From Clostridiales bacterium (GTDB lineage Bacteria; Bacillota; Clostridia; Oscillospirales; Acutalibacteraceae), in NCBI GenBank assembly GCA_012517675.1, contig JAAYUL010000125.1, forward strand, positions 625 through 64,624: a stretch of 64,000 nt of DNA. Direction: 5' to 3'. Under the pieces are notes generated by a model. It ran no database searches. It was not told the DNA's origin and saw nothing but the letters and a program-made list of their open reading frames with translations. The translations under genes and the position numbers were made by a program. This document shows positions 24,144 to 34,699 of this stretch, piece after piece; the first letter of the stretch is position 1, and every line of letters begins with the position of its first letter.

Positions 24144-24174
24144 CGGGTTTCGTCTGTACCCGGACCGATCTCTT

Positions 24175-25407
24175 TTATTTTTTTTGCAGACGGATTTTGT
24201 GGTGTATCTTTTTGCCTTTTTTGATCATGACATATCCCTTTTCAAAATCCGACGGCGTTAACTTTGCCGAAACGGAAGTCACTTTTCCATCGTCCACAGA
24301 CAGGCCGCCCTGCTCAATCAGGCGTTTGCCCTCCCCTTTGGACGGAATCAGGCCGATCTTTAAAAGCAGCTCCAAAATGCCGATCTCGCCGTTTGTAAAG
24401 TCGGAACCGGCAATATCGCTGGAAGGCATGTTCTCCGTGTCTGAGCCCGCGCCGAACAAAGCTCTCGCCCCGTCCCGCGCTTTTTTTGCCTCCTCTTCGC
24501 CGTGGATCAGCCTGGTGACCTCATAGGCAAGGACTTCCTTGGCGCGGTTCAGCCCGCTTCCCTCCAGCTTTGCAAGCTCGTCGATTTCAGGCAGCGGCAG
24601 GAAGGTGAGAATTTTCAGGCATTTGATCACGTCGGCATCCCCGATATTTCGCCAGTACTGGTAAAACTCGAACGGGGAGGTCTTGTCGGGATTGAGCCAG
24701 ACGGCGCCCTTTTCGGTTTTCCCCATCTTCTTGCCTTCGCTGGTGGTCAGCAGCGTGAAGGTCATCCCGTAGGCTTCTTTCCCCTCTTTTCTGCGCAGCA
24801 GCTCCACACCGCCGATGATATTGCTCCACTGGTCGTCGCCGCCCAATTCCAGCTGACAGTTGTAGCGGTGGTTCAGCTCCAGAAAATCGTAGCTCTGCAT
24901 AATCATGTAGTTCAGCTCAAAGAAGGAAAGCCCGCGTTCCAGACGCTGCTTGTAGCATTCCGCCGCAAGCATGCGGTTCACGGAAAAATGCACGCCGACC
25001 TCGCGCAGGAACTGAATGTAGTTCAGGTTCATCAGCCAGTCCGCGTTGTTGGCCATGATTGCCTTTCCGTCCGAAAAGTCGATCAGGCGAGACATCTGTT
25101 TTTGGAAGCAAGCAATGTTATGATTGATTTCCTCCACCGTGAGCATTTTTCGCATGTCGCTTTTTCCCGACGGGTCCCCGATCATGCCGGTGCCGCCGCC
25201 GAACAGCGCGATCGGGGTATGGCCCGCGCGCTGCATGTGCGCCATGACCATAATCTGCACAAAATGTCCCACGTGCAGGCTGTCCGCCGTGGGATCAAAC
25301 CCGATGTAAAAAGTTGTTTTGTGATTGTCGAGAAGATCCCTGATTTTCTCCTCGTCCGTCATTTGGGCAATCAGGCCCCTTGCTTTGAGTTCTTCAAATA
25401 CACCCAT
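24175..25407 (-). CDS. tyrS: Tyrosine--tRNA ligase
   Basis: Has the HIGH motif (ADSLHVGH), the KMSKS-like KKMGKT and a C-terminal S4 domain. Start at ATG 25407 (GGAGG RBS). Confidence 0.93.
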   Translation of the reverse strand: MGVFEELKARGLIAQMTDEEKIRDLLDNHKTTFYIGFDPTADSLHVGHFVQIMVMAHMQRAGHTPIALFGGGTGMIGDPSGKSDMRKMLTVEEINHNIACFQKQMSRLIDFSDGKAIMANNADWLMNLNYIQFLREVGVHFSVNRMLAAECYKQRLERGLSFFELNYMIMQSYDFLELNHRYNCQLELGGDDQWSNIIGGVELLRRKEGKEAYGMTFTLLTTSEGKKMGKTEKGAVWLNPDKTSPFEFYQYWRNIGDADVIKCLKILTFLPLPEIDELAKLEGSGLNRAKEVLAYEVTRLIHGEEEAKKARDGARALFGAGSDTENMPSSDIAGSDFTNGEIGILELLLKIGLIPSKGEGKRLIEQGGLSVDDGKVTSVSAKLTPSDFEKGYVMIKKGKKIHHKIRLQKK

Positions 25408-25432
25408 TCTTTTCCTCCAGTTTCGGGGGTAC

Positions 25433-25695
25433 AAAAAAACGCCCCCTGCTTTTTTTGCAGAGGGCGGAATAACCGCGGTACCACCTCAATTTACCGTATC
25501 CTCACAGACACGGCCTTACGGGTACGAACATACCCCTGCGCTGTAACGTGCGCCTGACACGGCCGGACCTAATAGCAACCGTTCGGACCGGCGGCTCCGG
25601 AATGTATTTCAGCAAACCTCCGCGCCCGCTTCCACCTGCCGCGGGCTCTCTGTGCCGGTTCCGTTCGCCTACTTCTTTCCATCAAAGCCGTTATG
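25433..25695 (-). promoter_or_regulatory. T-box riboswitch leader with Tyr specifier (UAC), controlling tyrS
   Basis: The minus strand shows AGAGAG (stem I), a specifier loop GAAAUACA (UAC at 25604-25606), and the T-box AAATTGAGGTGGTACCGCGG (25472-25491). The terminator is CGCCCTCTGC-A7-GCAGGGGGCG-T7 (25433-25466). Confidence 0.88.
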
Positions 25696-25698
25696 TGC

Positions 25699-25727
25699 AT
25701 TATAATCAATTCTGTCCGGCGTGTCAA
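25699..25727 (-). promoter_or_regulatory. Consensus promoter of the tyrS T-box leader (TTGACA-17 nt-TATAAT)
   Basis: Both hexamers are perfect. The -35 element overlaps the recN stop codon. Confidence 0.6.
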
Positions 25728-27418
25728 GACCCGCTGTTCGCGGCAGCCATTTTCAGCATTTCATCCGCGTTTTGCAGCATGAGGGGCGTAATATCGGTGC
25801 CGCCCATAATCCGGGCGATTTCCTGTTTCCGGCCCTCGTGATCCAGGCGGACAACATCCGTGTAGGTCTTCTGATTTTTCACCTGTTTCCGAATCAGATA
25901 CTGCGTGTCCGCAAGGGCGGCGATCTGTGCGAGATGCGTAACGCAGATTACCTGCCGGCTGCCGGCAACCTCTTTCAGCTTCAGCCCGACCTTCTGCGCC
26001 GCGCTTCCGCTGATCCCGGTGTCCACCTCGTCGAAAATCATGGTATCGATTTCATCTTTTCCGGCAAGGACCGTTTTAATCGCCAGCATAATGCGCGAAA
26101 GCTCGCCGCCGGAGGCAATTTTTGCGATCGGTTTGGCGGGTTCCCCTGCATTGGTGGAAATCAGGAACTGCAGCTTGTCGCAGCCGAGCGGATTCAGCGC
26201 GCAGCGCTCCTGCTGCACCTGAAACACAATGTTGGGCATGTCGAGGAATGTGAGCTCCCTTTTTACTTTTTCGGAAAACAGTTTGGCGGAAGCCGTTCTG
26301 CGGGCTGAAATATCCTGCGCCAGCTTTTCCGCGTTCTTCGCTTCCTCCCGATACTCCCCGGTCAGGCGCGCGATATTTTCGTCCGAACACCGAATGTTTT
26401 TCAATTCCCTGCGGCACTGTTCCAAAAATTCCAGCATGTTTTCCACGGAACCGCCGTATTTCAGGCCCAGCCGGTAAAGCGTGTCCAGCCTTGATTCGAT
26501 TTGCTCCAGCTCCTCCGGGTCATATTCCAAGCGGGAGGAAAGCTCGCGGATTTCCCCGGCACAGTCCTCCATCTCATATTCCATGCTCTGCAGCCGTTCC
26601 GCAAGGCTGTGTGCTTCCGGCAGATAACGCTCCGCTTCCTGCAGGGCCGAAGCAGCGGCGGAAACCGCGGTAAGCGCGCCCTGTATGTTTTCGTCCCCGT
26701 CGAGGGCGCTGCCGGCAATATGAAAGGCGTCGGCCAGTTTTTCGCTGTTCAGGTACATGGAGCGACGCTGCGTTAATTCCTCCTGCTCGCCGGCTTTTAA
26801 ATCCGCCTTTTCCAGTTCGTCGATCTGGTAGGAAAGCAAATCGATCTGCCGCGCTTTCTGTGTCTCATCCATTTGAAAGGAGCGGAGCTCCTCCTGAACG
26901 GCTTTCATTTTATGATAAGATTTTTGATATTGGGCAAGCAGTTCTTCCGGAACGCCCATGCTGTCGATATAACGGATGTGCAAATCGGGGGAAAGCAGGT
27001 CGTAGCTTTCATGCTGCCCGTGAATCTGAAGAAGAAACGGAGCGATTCCCTTCAATACGGAAACGGTTGCCGGCCTGCCGTTGATGCGGCAGACGGCTTT
27101 CCGGCCGTCGGTACTGATTTCACGCTGAATTAAAAACGAACCATCCTCCTCCGGCAAGTATCCCAGAGTTTTCATATTTTCACAGGCGTTCGCTCCCGGC
27201 TGAGTGAACACGGCGCTGACAAAAGCGGACTTTGCGCCCGTGCGCACCAAATCACGCGAGGTCCGTTCCCCCAGAACGGCGTGAATGGAATCGATCAGAA
27301 TGGATTTTCCCGCTCCGGTTTCACCGGTCAGAACATTCAAGCCGGGCTGAAATTCAACAGAGGCTTTTTCTATAACGGCAATATTTTCAATATACAGCTG
27401 AGAAAGCATCGCAATCAC
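25724..27418 (-). CDS. recN: DNA repair protein RecN
   Basis: SMC-like protein: LYIENIAVIEKASVEFQPGLNVLTGETGAGKSIL, a long coiled coil, and the signature SGGELSRIMLAIK with Walker B MIFDEVD. The start is either GTG 27418 or ATG 27409. Confidence 0.9.
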   Translation of the reverse strand: MIAMLSQLYIENIAVIEKASVEFQPGLNVLTGETGAGKSILIDSIHAVLGERTSRDLVRTGAKSAFVSAVFTQPGANACENMKTLGYLPEEDGSFLIQREISTDGRKAVCRINGRPATVSVLKGIAPFLLQIHGQHESYDLLSPDLHIRYIDSMGVPEELLAQYQKSYHKMKAVQEELRSFQMDETQKARQIDLLSYQIDELEKADLKAGEQEELTQRRSMYLNSEKLADAFHIAGSALDGDENIQGALTAVSAAASALQEAERYLPEAHSLAERLQSMEYEMEDCAGEIRELSSRLEYDPEELEQIESRLDTLYRLGLKYGGSVENMLEFLEQCRRELKNIRCSDENIARLTGEYREEAKNAEKLAQDISARRTASAKLFSEKVKRELTFLDMPNIVFQVQQERCALNPLGCDKLQFLISTNAGEPAKPIAKIASGGELSRIMLAIKTVLAGKDEIDTMIFDEVDTGISGSAAQKVGLKLKEVAGSRQVICVTHLAQIAALADTQYLIRKQVKNQKTYTDVVRLDHEGRKQEIARIMGGTDITPLMLQNADEMLKMAAANSGS

Positions 27419-27864
27419 CCAACCATTTTCTTCAGTTCATGAACAAGCTGCTCCGCGTTGGTTTCATTTTTGCAGGCGATAAAAATCGTATCGTCTCCCG
27501 CCAGCGTGCCGACGATCCCTTCCCAGTGCATGGAGTCCATGGCGGCACAGACCGCCTGCGCCATTCCGGTCAGGCATTTGATTACCACCAGATTGCAGGC
27601 CGATTGTATGGAAACCGCGGAATCGGAGAGAAGGGAATAAAATTTGGAGGAAAAGTCCTTCGAGTTCTCCTGAACGGCGGAGTATCTGTATTTTCCATCC
27701 CCGGTCGGTGTTTTCAAAAGTCTGAGCTCTTTAATATCCCTGGAAACCGTGGCCTGCGTCACGTTAAAACCGTCCTCACGCAGACGGCGCAGAAGTTCCT
27801 CCTGAGTATCCACCGGATATTCGCGGATCAGCTCCAGAATTTTCGCATGTCGTCGGGTTTTCAA
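27415..27864 (-). CDS. argR: Arginine repressor
   Basis: 149 aa. Contains RHAKILELIREYPVDTQEELLRRLREDGFNVTQATVSRDIKEL (winged helix) and C-terminal GTLAGDDTIF. Confidence 0.88.
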   Translation of the reverse strand: MKTRRHAKILELIREYPVDTQEELLRRLREDGFNVTQATVSRDIKELRLLKTPTGDGKYRYSAVQENSKDFSSKFYSLLSDSAVSIQSACNLVVIKCLTGMAQAVCAAMDSMHWEGIVGTLAGDDTIFIACKNETNAEQLVHELKKMVG

Positions 27865-27866
27865 AT

Positions 27867-28733
27867 TTAATTCCTCCTTTCCGCCAGTTTGGCGTTGACA
27901 ATTTCATAAAAATTATCCTGTTTTAATTTGATGATTTTCGCCGCCTGCGGCGAACGATAAAAATCGATTTTCTGCCCGTCCTGAATCTGGACGGAGGTTT
28001 CACCGTCCACCGTTAAAAAAATTTCGCTGTCGTAACTGGAAGATGCCTGTACGCTGAGCCTGGCATCCGGCCCGAAAACAACCGAGCGCGTCAAGAGCGA
28101 ATGAGGGCAGATGGGAGAAAGCAGAATACACTGAATGCTCGGGTCGATGACGGGGCCTCCGGCGGAAAGCGAATAAGCGGTGGAGCCGGTAGGCGTTGCA
28201 AGGATCAGACCGTCCGCACGGTAATCGCAGACGTTGGCGTCGTTGAAATTGACCTTGAAATCCAGAATTCTGGAAAGCGCCCCGCGCGCGAGCACCGCGT
28301 CGTTGAGCGCCCGGTAAACCTGAACCCCGCCGCCTGTTTCAAGCCGGACCTCCAGCATCATGCGTTCCTCAACCAGATATTGGCTTCCGACCAGCTGCTG
28401 TAATCGGTCCAGCTCGTTGGCCTCCAGTCCCGCGACAAACCCCAGACGCCCCACGTTGATGCCGAGAATCGGTTTTTCGACCGCCGCCGCATGCCGCGCG
28501 CAGTGAATGATGGTGCCGTCGCCTCCGACCGCGATGACCGCGTCACAGTCCGACATCATCCGGCTGAAATCGCTGTAAAAAATAACGCCGCACCGGGGAA
28601 ATGCGTTTTGAAAAGACTGCTTCATCAGCACGTCGGCTCCGAATTCATGCAGCTTATCAATCACGTTTCCGGTGTGAAAAGCGGCGTCCTTTTTACCGAG
28701 ATTCGGCATAACAGCAATTTTCATTTTATTCAC
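27867..28733 (-). CDS. nadK: NAD kinase
   Basis: 288 aa. Contains GGDGT, NVGRLGF and [15 protein letters not shown]. Confidence 0.88.
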   Translation of the reverse strand: MNKMKIAVMPNLGKKDAAFHTGNVIDKLHEFGADVLMKQSFQNAFPRCGVIFYSDFSRMMSDCDAVIAVGGDGTIIHCARHAAAVEKPILGINVGRLGFVAGLEANELDRLQQLVGSQYLVEERMMLEVRLETGGGVQVYRALNDAVLARGALSRILDFKVNFNDANVCDYRADGLILATPTGSTAYSLSAGGPVIDPSIQCILLSPICPHSLLTRSVVFGPDARLSVQASSSYDSEIFLTVDGETSVQIQDGQKIDFYRSPQAAKIIKLKQDNFYEIVNAKLAERRN

Positions 28734-29538
28734 CGCCGTTCAACAGATGATGCGATTCTTCCACCAGTGCCGGGATATTCAGTTCGGCGCTGGCCGGCTG
28801 TTCCGACTTTTCAAGAAAAATCAGATATTCAATGTTCCCCTCGGGGCCTTTTACAGGGGAAAACGTCAGGCCCAGCACGGAGAAGCCGTGGCTGAGAACA
28901 AAATCGGTAATTTTTTGAATCACTTCCACATGAACAGCCGAATCGCGCACAACCCCTTTTTTCCCGACCTTTCCCCTCCCCGCTTCGAACTGCGGCTTGA
29001 CCAGGCAGACCGCCTGACCGTGTTCCGCAAGAAAGCTTCTGGCAACGGGAAGAACCAGGCAAAGGGAAATGAACGAAACATCCACGCTGAAAAAATCGAT
29101 GGTGTCCGGAACCTGCTGCGCGGTCAGATACCGCACGTTGGTGCGCTCCAGATTGACCACGCGGGGGTCGTTGCGCAGCTTCCACGCCAGCTGGCCGTAC
29201 CCCACGTCGATGGAATATACCTTTTTTGCGCCGTTCTGCAGCATGCAGTCGGTAAACCCGCCGGTGGAAGCGCCAATGTCCATAGTGATTTTTCCATTCA
29301 GGCTGATTGGAAACACCGTCATTGCCTTTTCCAGTTTCAAACCGCCCCGGCTGACATAAGGAAGCGTTTTGCCGCGGATTTCAATTTCTGCGGTTTCCGG
29401 CAGCATGGTGCCGGGCTTATCGGACTTTTGACGGTCCACATAAACGTTTCCCATCATGATCATAATCTTTGCTTTTTCCCTGCTTTCCGCAAGGCCGCGT
29501 TCATAAATCAGGCAATCCAGTCTTTTTTTCTCCGTCAC
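28726..29538 (-). CDS. tlyA: TlyA-family rRNA (cytidine-2'-O)-methyltransferase
   Basis: Has an N-terminal S4 domain ([23 protein letters not shown]), [12 protein letters not shown] and the SAM motif [11 protein letters not shown]. Confidence 0.85.
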   Translation of the reverse strand: MTEKKRLDCLIYERGLAESREKAKIMIMMGNVYVDRQKSDKPGTMLPETAEIEIRGKTLPYVSRGGLKLEKAMTVFPISLNGKITMDIGASTGGFTDCMLQNGAKKVYSIDVGYGQLAWKLRNDPRVVNLERTNVRYLTAQQVPDTIDFFSVDVSFISLCLVLPVARSFLAEHGQAVCLVKPQFEAGRGKVGKKGVVRDSAVHVEVIQKITDFVLSHGFSVLGLTFSPVKGPEGNIEYLIFLEKSEQPASAELNIPALVEESHHLLNGGE

Positions 29539-31406
29539 TTTGCAATCTCCGTCGTAATCAGTTCCATCATGCCGGCGTCATCCAGACCGAGCGACTCCAA
29601 GATTTGTGCCATGGTCGCGTGCGGCACAAAATCCGTGATTCCGCGCAGCACAAAATTTCCCCGGTAATGATTTTTATTCAGCAGATAATTAAAATGTTCC
29701 CCAACGCCGCCCTGTTCCACGCCTTCCTCAAAGAAGAAGATGTTTTCCCCGGTAAACGCGTCCTGCACCGCCCCGGGATCGATCGGCTTGATCCGGTTGA
29801 GCTTTACGATCCGGCAGGCAATGCCGTTTTTCATCAGTTTGGCAAGCGCTTTGCACGCAAACGAAAACAGCCTGCCGTACGTAACGATCACATTCCCGGC
29901 ATGTTGATCGCCGTAAACATCAAAGGCTTGATAGGAAGATTCAAAATCACAGGGCCGGAACAGCTGTTTTCCGCGCGGGTAACGCACCGCCGCAACCCCG
30001 CGGCAGCGGTACAGCGCTTCGTTGAAGTTATAATAAAGCTCGTCATAGTAGCTTGGAGAATACACGGTAATATGAGGAATCGTGTTCAGGAAAGCAACGT
30101 CAAAAATTCCCTGATGCGTTTCTCCGTCTTCCCCCACCACGCCCGCGCGGTCGACCGCAAGAGTAACCTTTACGCGCTGGATGGCGGCGTCGTGGATAAT
30201 CTGGTCGTAGCTGCGCTGAAGAAAGGTGGAATATACGGCAAAGACCGGGAGCATTCCGCCGGCGGCAAGGCCGCCTGCAAACGTGACCGCGTGCTCTTCC
30301 GCGATTCCGGTGTCAAAAAAGCGTTCGGGAAATTGCTTTGCAAAGCCCGAAAGCCCGGTACCCGACTGCATTGCCGCGGTGATCGCGCAAATCCTGCCGT
30401 CCGCGGAAGCAAGGGAACAAAGATGGCCGCCAAACACGCTGGAGAAGTTTTCGCCGGAACACGCCGATTTCCCGGTTTGAACATCAAAGCTGGAAACTCC
30501 GTGAAACATGCCGGGATTCTGTTCCGCGAAAAAGTATCCTTTTCCCTTCCGGGTCAAGATATGAATCAAAACCGGGTGGTCGATATTTTTTACGTTTTCC
30601 AGAATCTGCATGAGCTTGTTCAGGTCATGGCCGTCAAACGGGCCGTAATAGTAAAAGCCCATGTCCTCAAATATGGTATTGTCATACAATGCCTGTTTTA
30701 AAGCGGACTTGGATTTTGAAAGAACATGGTGAATCGGCCGGCCGATCAGGGGGACGTGATCCAGTGCGTTTTCCACGTTTCCCTTGACCCTGAAGTACCC
30801 CGGCTTTGTCCGGATGTGCGCCAGATAGCGCGCCATGGAACCCACATTGCGCGAAATTGACATTTTATTGTCGTTTAAAATGACAATAAAATTTTTCCGG
30901 AAATGTCCCGCGTTATTCAGCCCTTCGTATGCAAGGCCGCCAGACAGCGCGCCGTCGCCGATGACCGCAACGGTATGACCCGGCTCCCCGCGCAGCATTT
31001 TTGCATTCGCAATGCCCAAAGCGGCGGAAATGGAGGTGCTGCTGTGCCCGGTATTGAACGGGTCGTAGCTGCTTTCGGCCCGGCTTGGGAAGCCGGAAAT
31101 CCCCCCCTGCTTCCGTATTGTCAGAATCCGGTCTTTTCTTCCCGTGAGGATTTTATGGGTATAGGCCTGGTGGCCGACATCCCATATGATTTTATCATCC
31201 GTGGAATCAAAAACACGGTGCAATGCAACCGTAAGCTCCACTACACCGAGATTTGAGGCGAGATGACCGCCGTTTTGGGAAACCGCATGAATAATTTCAC
31301 TGCGGATTTCCGCGCACAATTCATTTAGCTCGGAGTCTGAAAATTGTTTCAAATCCTCCGGTGAATGGATGTGATCAATAAGGTTGTCCATTTTTACAAA
31401 CCTCAT
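29535..31406 (-). CDS. dxs: 1-deoxy-D-xylulose-5-phosphate synthase
   Basis: 623 aa. Contains GGHLASNLGVVELTVALH, DVGHQAYTHKILTGR, IGDGALSGG and a transketolase-like C-terminal domain. Confidence 0.93.
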   Translation of the reverse strand: MRFVKMDNLIDHIHSPEDLKQFSDSELNELCAEIRSEIIHAVSQNGGHLASNLGVVELTVALHRVFDSTDDKIIWDVGHQAYTHKILTGRKDRILTIRKQGGISGFPSRAESSYDPFNTGHSSTSISAALGIANAKMLRGEPGHTVAVIGDGALSGGLAYEGLNNAGHFRKNFIVILNDNKMSISRNVGSMARYLAHIRTKPGYFRVKGNVENALDHVPLIGRPIHHVLSKSKSALKQALYDNTIFEDMGFYYYGPFDGHDLNKLMQILENVKNIDHPVLIHILTRKGKGYFFAEQNPGMFHGVSSFDVQTGKSACSGENFSSVFGGHLCSLASADGRICAITAAMQSGTGLSGFAKQFPERFFDTGIAEEHAVTFAGGLAAGGMLPVFAVYSTFLQRSYDQIIHDAAIQRVKVTLAVDRAGVVGEDGETHQGIFDVAFLNTIPHITVYSPSYYDELYYNFNEALYRCRGVAAVRYPRGKQLFRPCDFESSYQAFDVYGDQHAGNVIVTYGRLFSFACKALAKLMKNGIACRIVKLNRIKPIDPGAVQDAFTGENIFFFEEGVEQGGVGEHFNYLLNKNHYRGNFVLRGITDFVPHATMAQILESLGLDDAGMMELITTEIAK

Positions 31407-31447
31407 TTACGTATTTTAATACATAAATTATATCATGGAACGAGAAA

Positions 31448-32305
31448 TCATTCAACTATACCGCACTGGCGTTTCGCCGCGGTGACGGTATTGCGCAGAA
31501 GCATGGCGATCGTCATGGGCCCCACCCCCCCGGGGACCGGGGTAATGTACGATGCGATTTTCTCCACATTGGCAAAATCAACGTCGCCGCAGAGTTTTCC
31601 GTTTTCGTCGCGGTCCATTCCCACATCGATAACCACAGCGCCTGGCTTTACCATGTCCGCGGTAACAAACTTCGGCTTTCCGACCGCCGCGACCAGAATA
31701 TCCGCATTTTTGCAGATTTCTTTCAAATCTTTCGTTTTGCTGTGACAAATCGTCACCGTTCCGTTGTTGTGGAGAAGCAGCATTGCCATTGGTTTTCCCA
31801 CAATATTGCTCCTGCCGATCACCACGCAGTTTTTGCCCGCGATTTCAATCTGTTCGGAGCGAAGCAATTCGATTACGCCCGCGGGAGTGCAGGGCAGAAA
31901 ATGGTAATTCCCGATCATGATACGCCCGACATTGGAAGGATGGAATGCGTCCACGTCCTTTTCCGGGTTGATCGCTTCCACAACAGCTTCCTCGTCCAGC
32001 CCCTTCGGCAGCGGGGACTGCACCAGAATGCCGTGAATGTCTCTCTTCTCATTCAGCCGGGCGACCAGCTCCATCAGCTCCCGCTGGGTGGTCTGCGCGG
32101 GCAGGGCGTATTCTTCGGAATAAATTCCGGCTTCCGCGCAGGCTTTCTTTTTGTTGTTCACATAGGTTCTGGACGCGGGATCGTCGCCCACGATCACGAC
32201 CGCCAGCCCGGGCTTTACCCCTTTTTCCGCCAGTGCGGCAACCGTACACGCAACCTGCGCGCGCACCTTGGCCGCAATTGCTTTTCCGTCAATCCGTTTT
32301 GCCAT
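31448..32305 (-). CDS. folD: Bifunctional methylenetetrahydrofolate dehydrogenase/cyclohydrolase
   Basis: Contains [11 protein letters not shown]..., [25 protein letters not shown] and [10 protein letters not shown]. Start set at ATG 32305 (GGAGG RBS). The track's Lys/Arg-rich 42-aa extension is rejected. Confidence 0.9.
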   Translation of the reverse strand: MAKRIDGKAIAAKVRAQVACTVAALAEKGVKPGLAVVIVGDDPASRTYVNNKKKACAEAGIYSEEYALPAQTTQRELMELVARLNEKRDIHGILVQSPLPKGLDEEAVVEAINPEKDVDAFHPSNVGRIMIGNYHFLPCTPAGVIELLRSEQIEIAGKNCVVIGRSNIVGKPMAMLLLHNNGTVTICHSKTKDLKEICKNADILVAAVGKPKFVTADMVKPGAVVIDVGMDRDENGKLCGDVDFANVEKIASYITPVPGGVGPMTIAMLLRNTVTAAKRQCGIVE

Positions 32306-33335
32306 TTTTTTCCTCCGATGTTTCTTCCGTTTGTTCCGGCGCGTCCGAATCCGTTTGATCAGCGTCCGCTTCCGGCTGTGCAGGTTCGGCTGTTTCGTCG
32401 GCTTCTTCTTCGGAACCGGTGCTTTCGTCAAAAATCGTGCTGGAGTTGTCTTCGATCAGCTCTTCCGGGACCGTATCCACCGTACCGTTCAGTTCCATCA
32501 CTTTTTTTGAGCCGCAGCCGGCCAGAGAAGTCCTTTTGCGGAATACAATCAGCAGAACGACCGCGGTGAGAACCGTGACCGCCGCAACCAGCTGGGAAAT
32601 GCGGATCGGAAGAATCGGGGTAAGCAGGCTGTCCGTGCGCAGGCCTTCAATAAAGAACCGGCCCACACCGTACCATACCAGGTAAAGCAGGAAAACCTGG
32701 CCGTCGTACCGCCTGAATTTCCGGCTAAAAATATGTAGCAGCACGAAGCCCAGCGCACACCACAGCGATTCATAAAGGAAGCAGGGGTGTACCGCACCGC
32801 TCGCGACCAGAGAAGTGTTTTCGCTGACCATGCCCCAGGGAAGGTTGGTTTCCACGCCGAAGGCTTCCTGATTGACAAAGTTGCCCCAGCGGCCGATGGA
32901 CTGGCCGATTAAAAAGCCCAGCGCCGCAAGGTCCAGCACCGTGGCGACATTGATTTTACGCAGTTTTGCCATCAGCGCGCCGCAAAGCATGCCGCCGATG
33001 ATGCCGCCGTAAATACCAAGACCTCCGTTCCAGATTTGAAAAATCAGCATCGGATTTTTGAGGTATTCGTCGCCGGCGAAAAAGAGGACAAAATACAGCC
33101 TTGCCCCGACAATGCCGCCGATGATGCCGACGATCACCGCGTCCAGCAGCTTGTCGTCGTCCATTTTGAACTTTTTGCAGCTTGCCATCACATAGAAAAA
33201 GGCCAGAAGGAAAGCAACCGCTATAATGACGCCGTACCACTTGACCGTCAGGTTGCCGATTGAAAAGGCAACCGGGTTAATATTGACGTTGATTCCAAGA
33301 CTGGGAAATTGAACATGATACATATTCTCCACCAT
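32289..33335 (-). CDS. lgt: Prolipoprotein diacylglyceryl transferase with an acidic C-terminal tail of about 75 aa
   Basis: Contains [34 protein letters not shown] and [13 protein letters not shown]. The C-terminus is E/D/T-rich. The last 17 nt overlap the folD start. Confidence 0.88.
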   Translation of the reverse strand: MVENMYHVQFPSLGINVNINPVAFSIGNLTVKWYGVIIAVAFLLAFFYVMASCKKFKMDDDKLLDAVIVGIIGGIVGARLYFVLFFAGDEYLKNPMLIFQIWNGGLGIYGGIIGGMLCGALMAKLRKINVATVLDLAALGFLIGQSIGRWGNFVNQEAFGVETNLPWGMVSENTSLVASGAVHPCFLYESLWCALGFVLLHIFSRKFRRYDGQVFLLYLVWYGVGRFFIEGLRTDSLLTPILPIRISQLVAAVTVLTAVVLLIVFRKRTSLAGCGSKKVMELNGTVDTVPEELIEDNSSTIFDESTGSEEEADETAEPAQPEADADQTDSDAPEQTEETSEEKNGKTD

Positions 33336-33412
33336 TTCTCCACGCGCCCTGAATGTTATAATTCAGCCGGCCGGCTTCCGCGTGGGAAATGCCGGCGGCT
33401 ATGGTTTGAAAT

Positions 33413-34699
33413 TTAATCCAGCGGCTTTACGACAGAAAGCGAGGAGCGTTCCAAAAGCAGCTGCGTATCCAGGCGGCGCTGCACCGATTCCGGGCCGGCG
33501 GCGGCAATTTCGTCCAGATACTGAAACAGCTCCCGGTTGGAAAACGCATTGCCGATCATCGTGTTTGCAAGGTAATCCACGCTGTTAAAGGAGGAAACCG
33601 CACGGCCGTATACCGCCTTTTTCGACCGCTCGAACGCGGCCGGGTCCATACCGTCCGCGCGGATTTTTGCGATCTCCGCCCTGATTTCCGCCGCGACCCG
33701 GTCGGGGTCTTTTGATTCGCCGGAAAAAATGACCGACGCATATCCCGGGCCTTCAAAATATTCGTAAGAAAACGACGATTCATTTACCAGGCCGGCGTCC
33801 AGCAGGCGGCGAAACAGCGGCGAGGAATCGGAGGCGATCACATGCAGCAAAATCTCCGTTTCCGCGGCTTCCCGCACGGTGACCCGGTTTTCCCCCGCTT
33901 TTTCCTTAAAACCGAGTTCAAAAATCGGAACGGAAACCGACAGCTTCTGTTCCACGCGGTCTTTCACGATTTCTTCCGGTTCTTCCGCAAAAATCCGCTC
34001 CACACGGACCGGTTCGGCAGGTTTGAGCATTTTGTCGCAAAGCGCCAGGACCTTGTCCACATCGATGTTTCCGGCAATGCTCAGAGCCATGTTGTTCAAA
34101 TTATAAAAAGTTTGGTAGCATTGGTAAAGAAGTTCGGGCGTGATTTTTGCGATGCTTTCCACAGTGCCGGCAATGTCTGTTTTGACAGGATGCCGGTGAT
34201 ACAGATTCCCCAACAGATTGAATAACACCCGCCACTGCGGATCGTCGTCGTACATCCGGATTTCCTGCCCGATGATTCCCTGTTCCTTTTTTACCGTCTG
34301 TTCGGTAAAATAGGGAGACTGAACGAAATCAAGCAGAATTTCCAGGGACTCGTACACGTTTTCGGTACAGGAAAACAAATAGCAGGTTGCGTCGAACGAG
34401 GTGTAGGCATTTGCGGAAGCGCCTGTTTTCGCATAGCGGGAAAACGCGTCGCCGTCTTCGCTTTCAAAAAGCTTGTGCTCCAGATAATGCGCGATCCCCG
34501 CGGGAACGGTGTGCGTTTCCTTTTCCCTGGAAGTGCGAAAACACATGTCGATCGAACCGTATTTCGTACCGAATACGGCATAAGTGGAGCTGTTTTCTTT
34601 TTTGGGATAAATAAATATTTTTAATCCGGAGGGATGTTTGATTGCGTAATAGCGGTCGCCGAGGCGTTCGCTTACCATTTCCCTGATTTCAGAATTCAT
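33413..34699 (-). CDS. M16-family (insulinase-like) zinc peptidase, active-site-bearing subunit (YmfH-like)
   Basis: 428 aa. The inverted zinc motif HxxEH is present (HYLEHKLFE). It overlaps the upstream M16 paralogue by 4 nt. Confidence 0.8.
   Translation of the reverse strand: MNSEIREMVSERLGDRYYAIKHPSGLKIFIYPKKENSSTYAVFGTKYGSIDMCFRTSREKETHTVPAGIAHYLEHKLFESEDGDAFSRYAKTGASANAYTSFDATCYLFSCTENVYESLEILLDFVQSPYFTEQTVKKEQGIIGQEIRMYDDDPQWRVLFNLLGNLYHRHPVKTDIAGTVESIAKITPELLYQCYQTFYNLNNMALSIAGNIDVDKVLALCDKMLKPAEPVRVERIFAEEPEEIVKDRVEQKLSVSVPIFELGFKEKAGENRVTVREAAETEILLHVIASDSSPLFRRLLDAGLVNESSFSYEYFEGPGYASVIFSGESKDPDRVAAEIRAEIAKIRADGMDPAAFERSKKAVYGRAVSSFNSVDYLANTMIGNAFSNRELFQYLDEIAAAGPESVQRRLDTQLLLERSSLSVVKPLD

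Noticed and set aside
32306-32431. Lys/Arg-rich 42-aa N-terminal extension of folD
   Set aside because: It is the alternate frame of the acidic Lgt tail. A GGAGG RBS precedes the internal ATG at 32305, which begins the normal FolD N-terminus ([11 protein letters not shown]).
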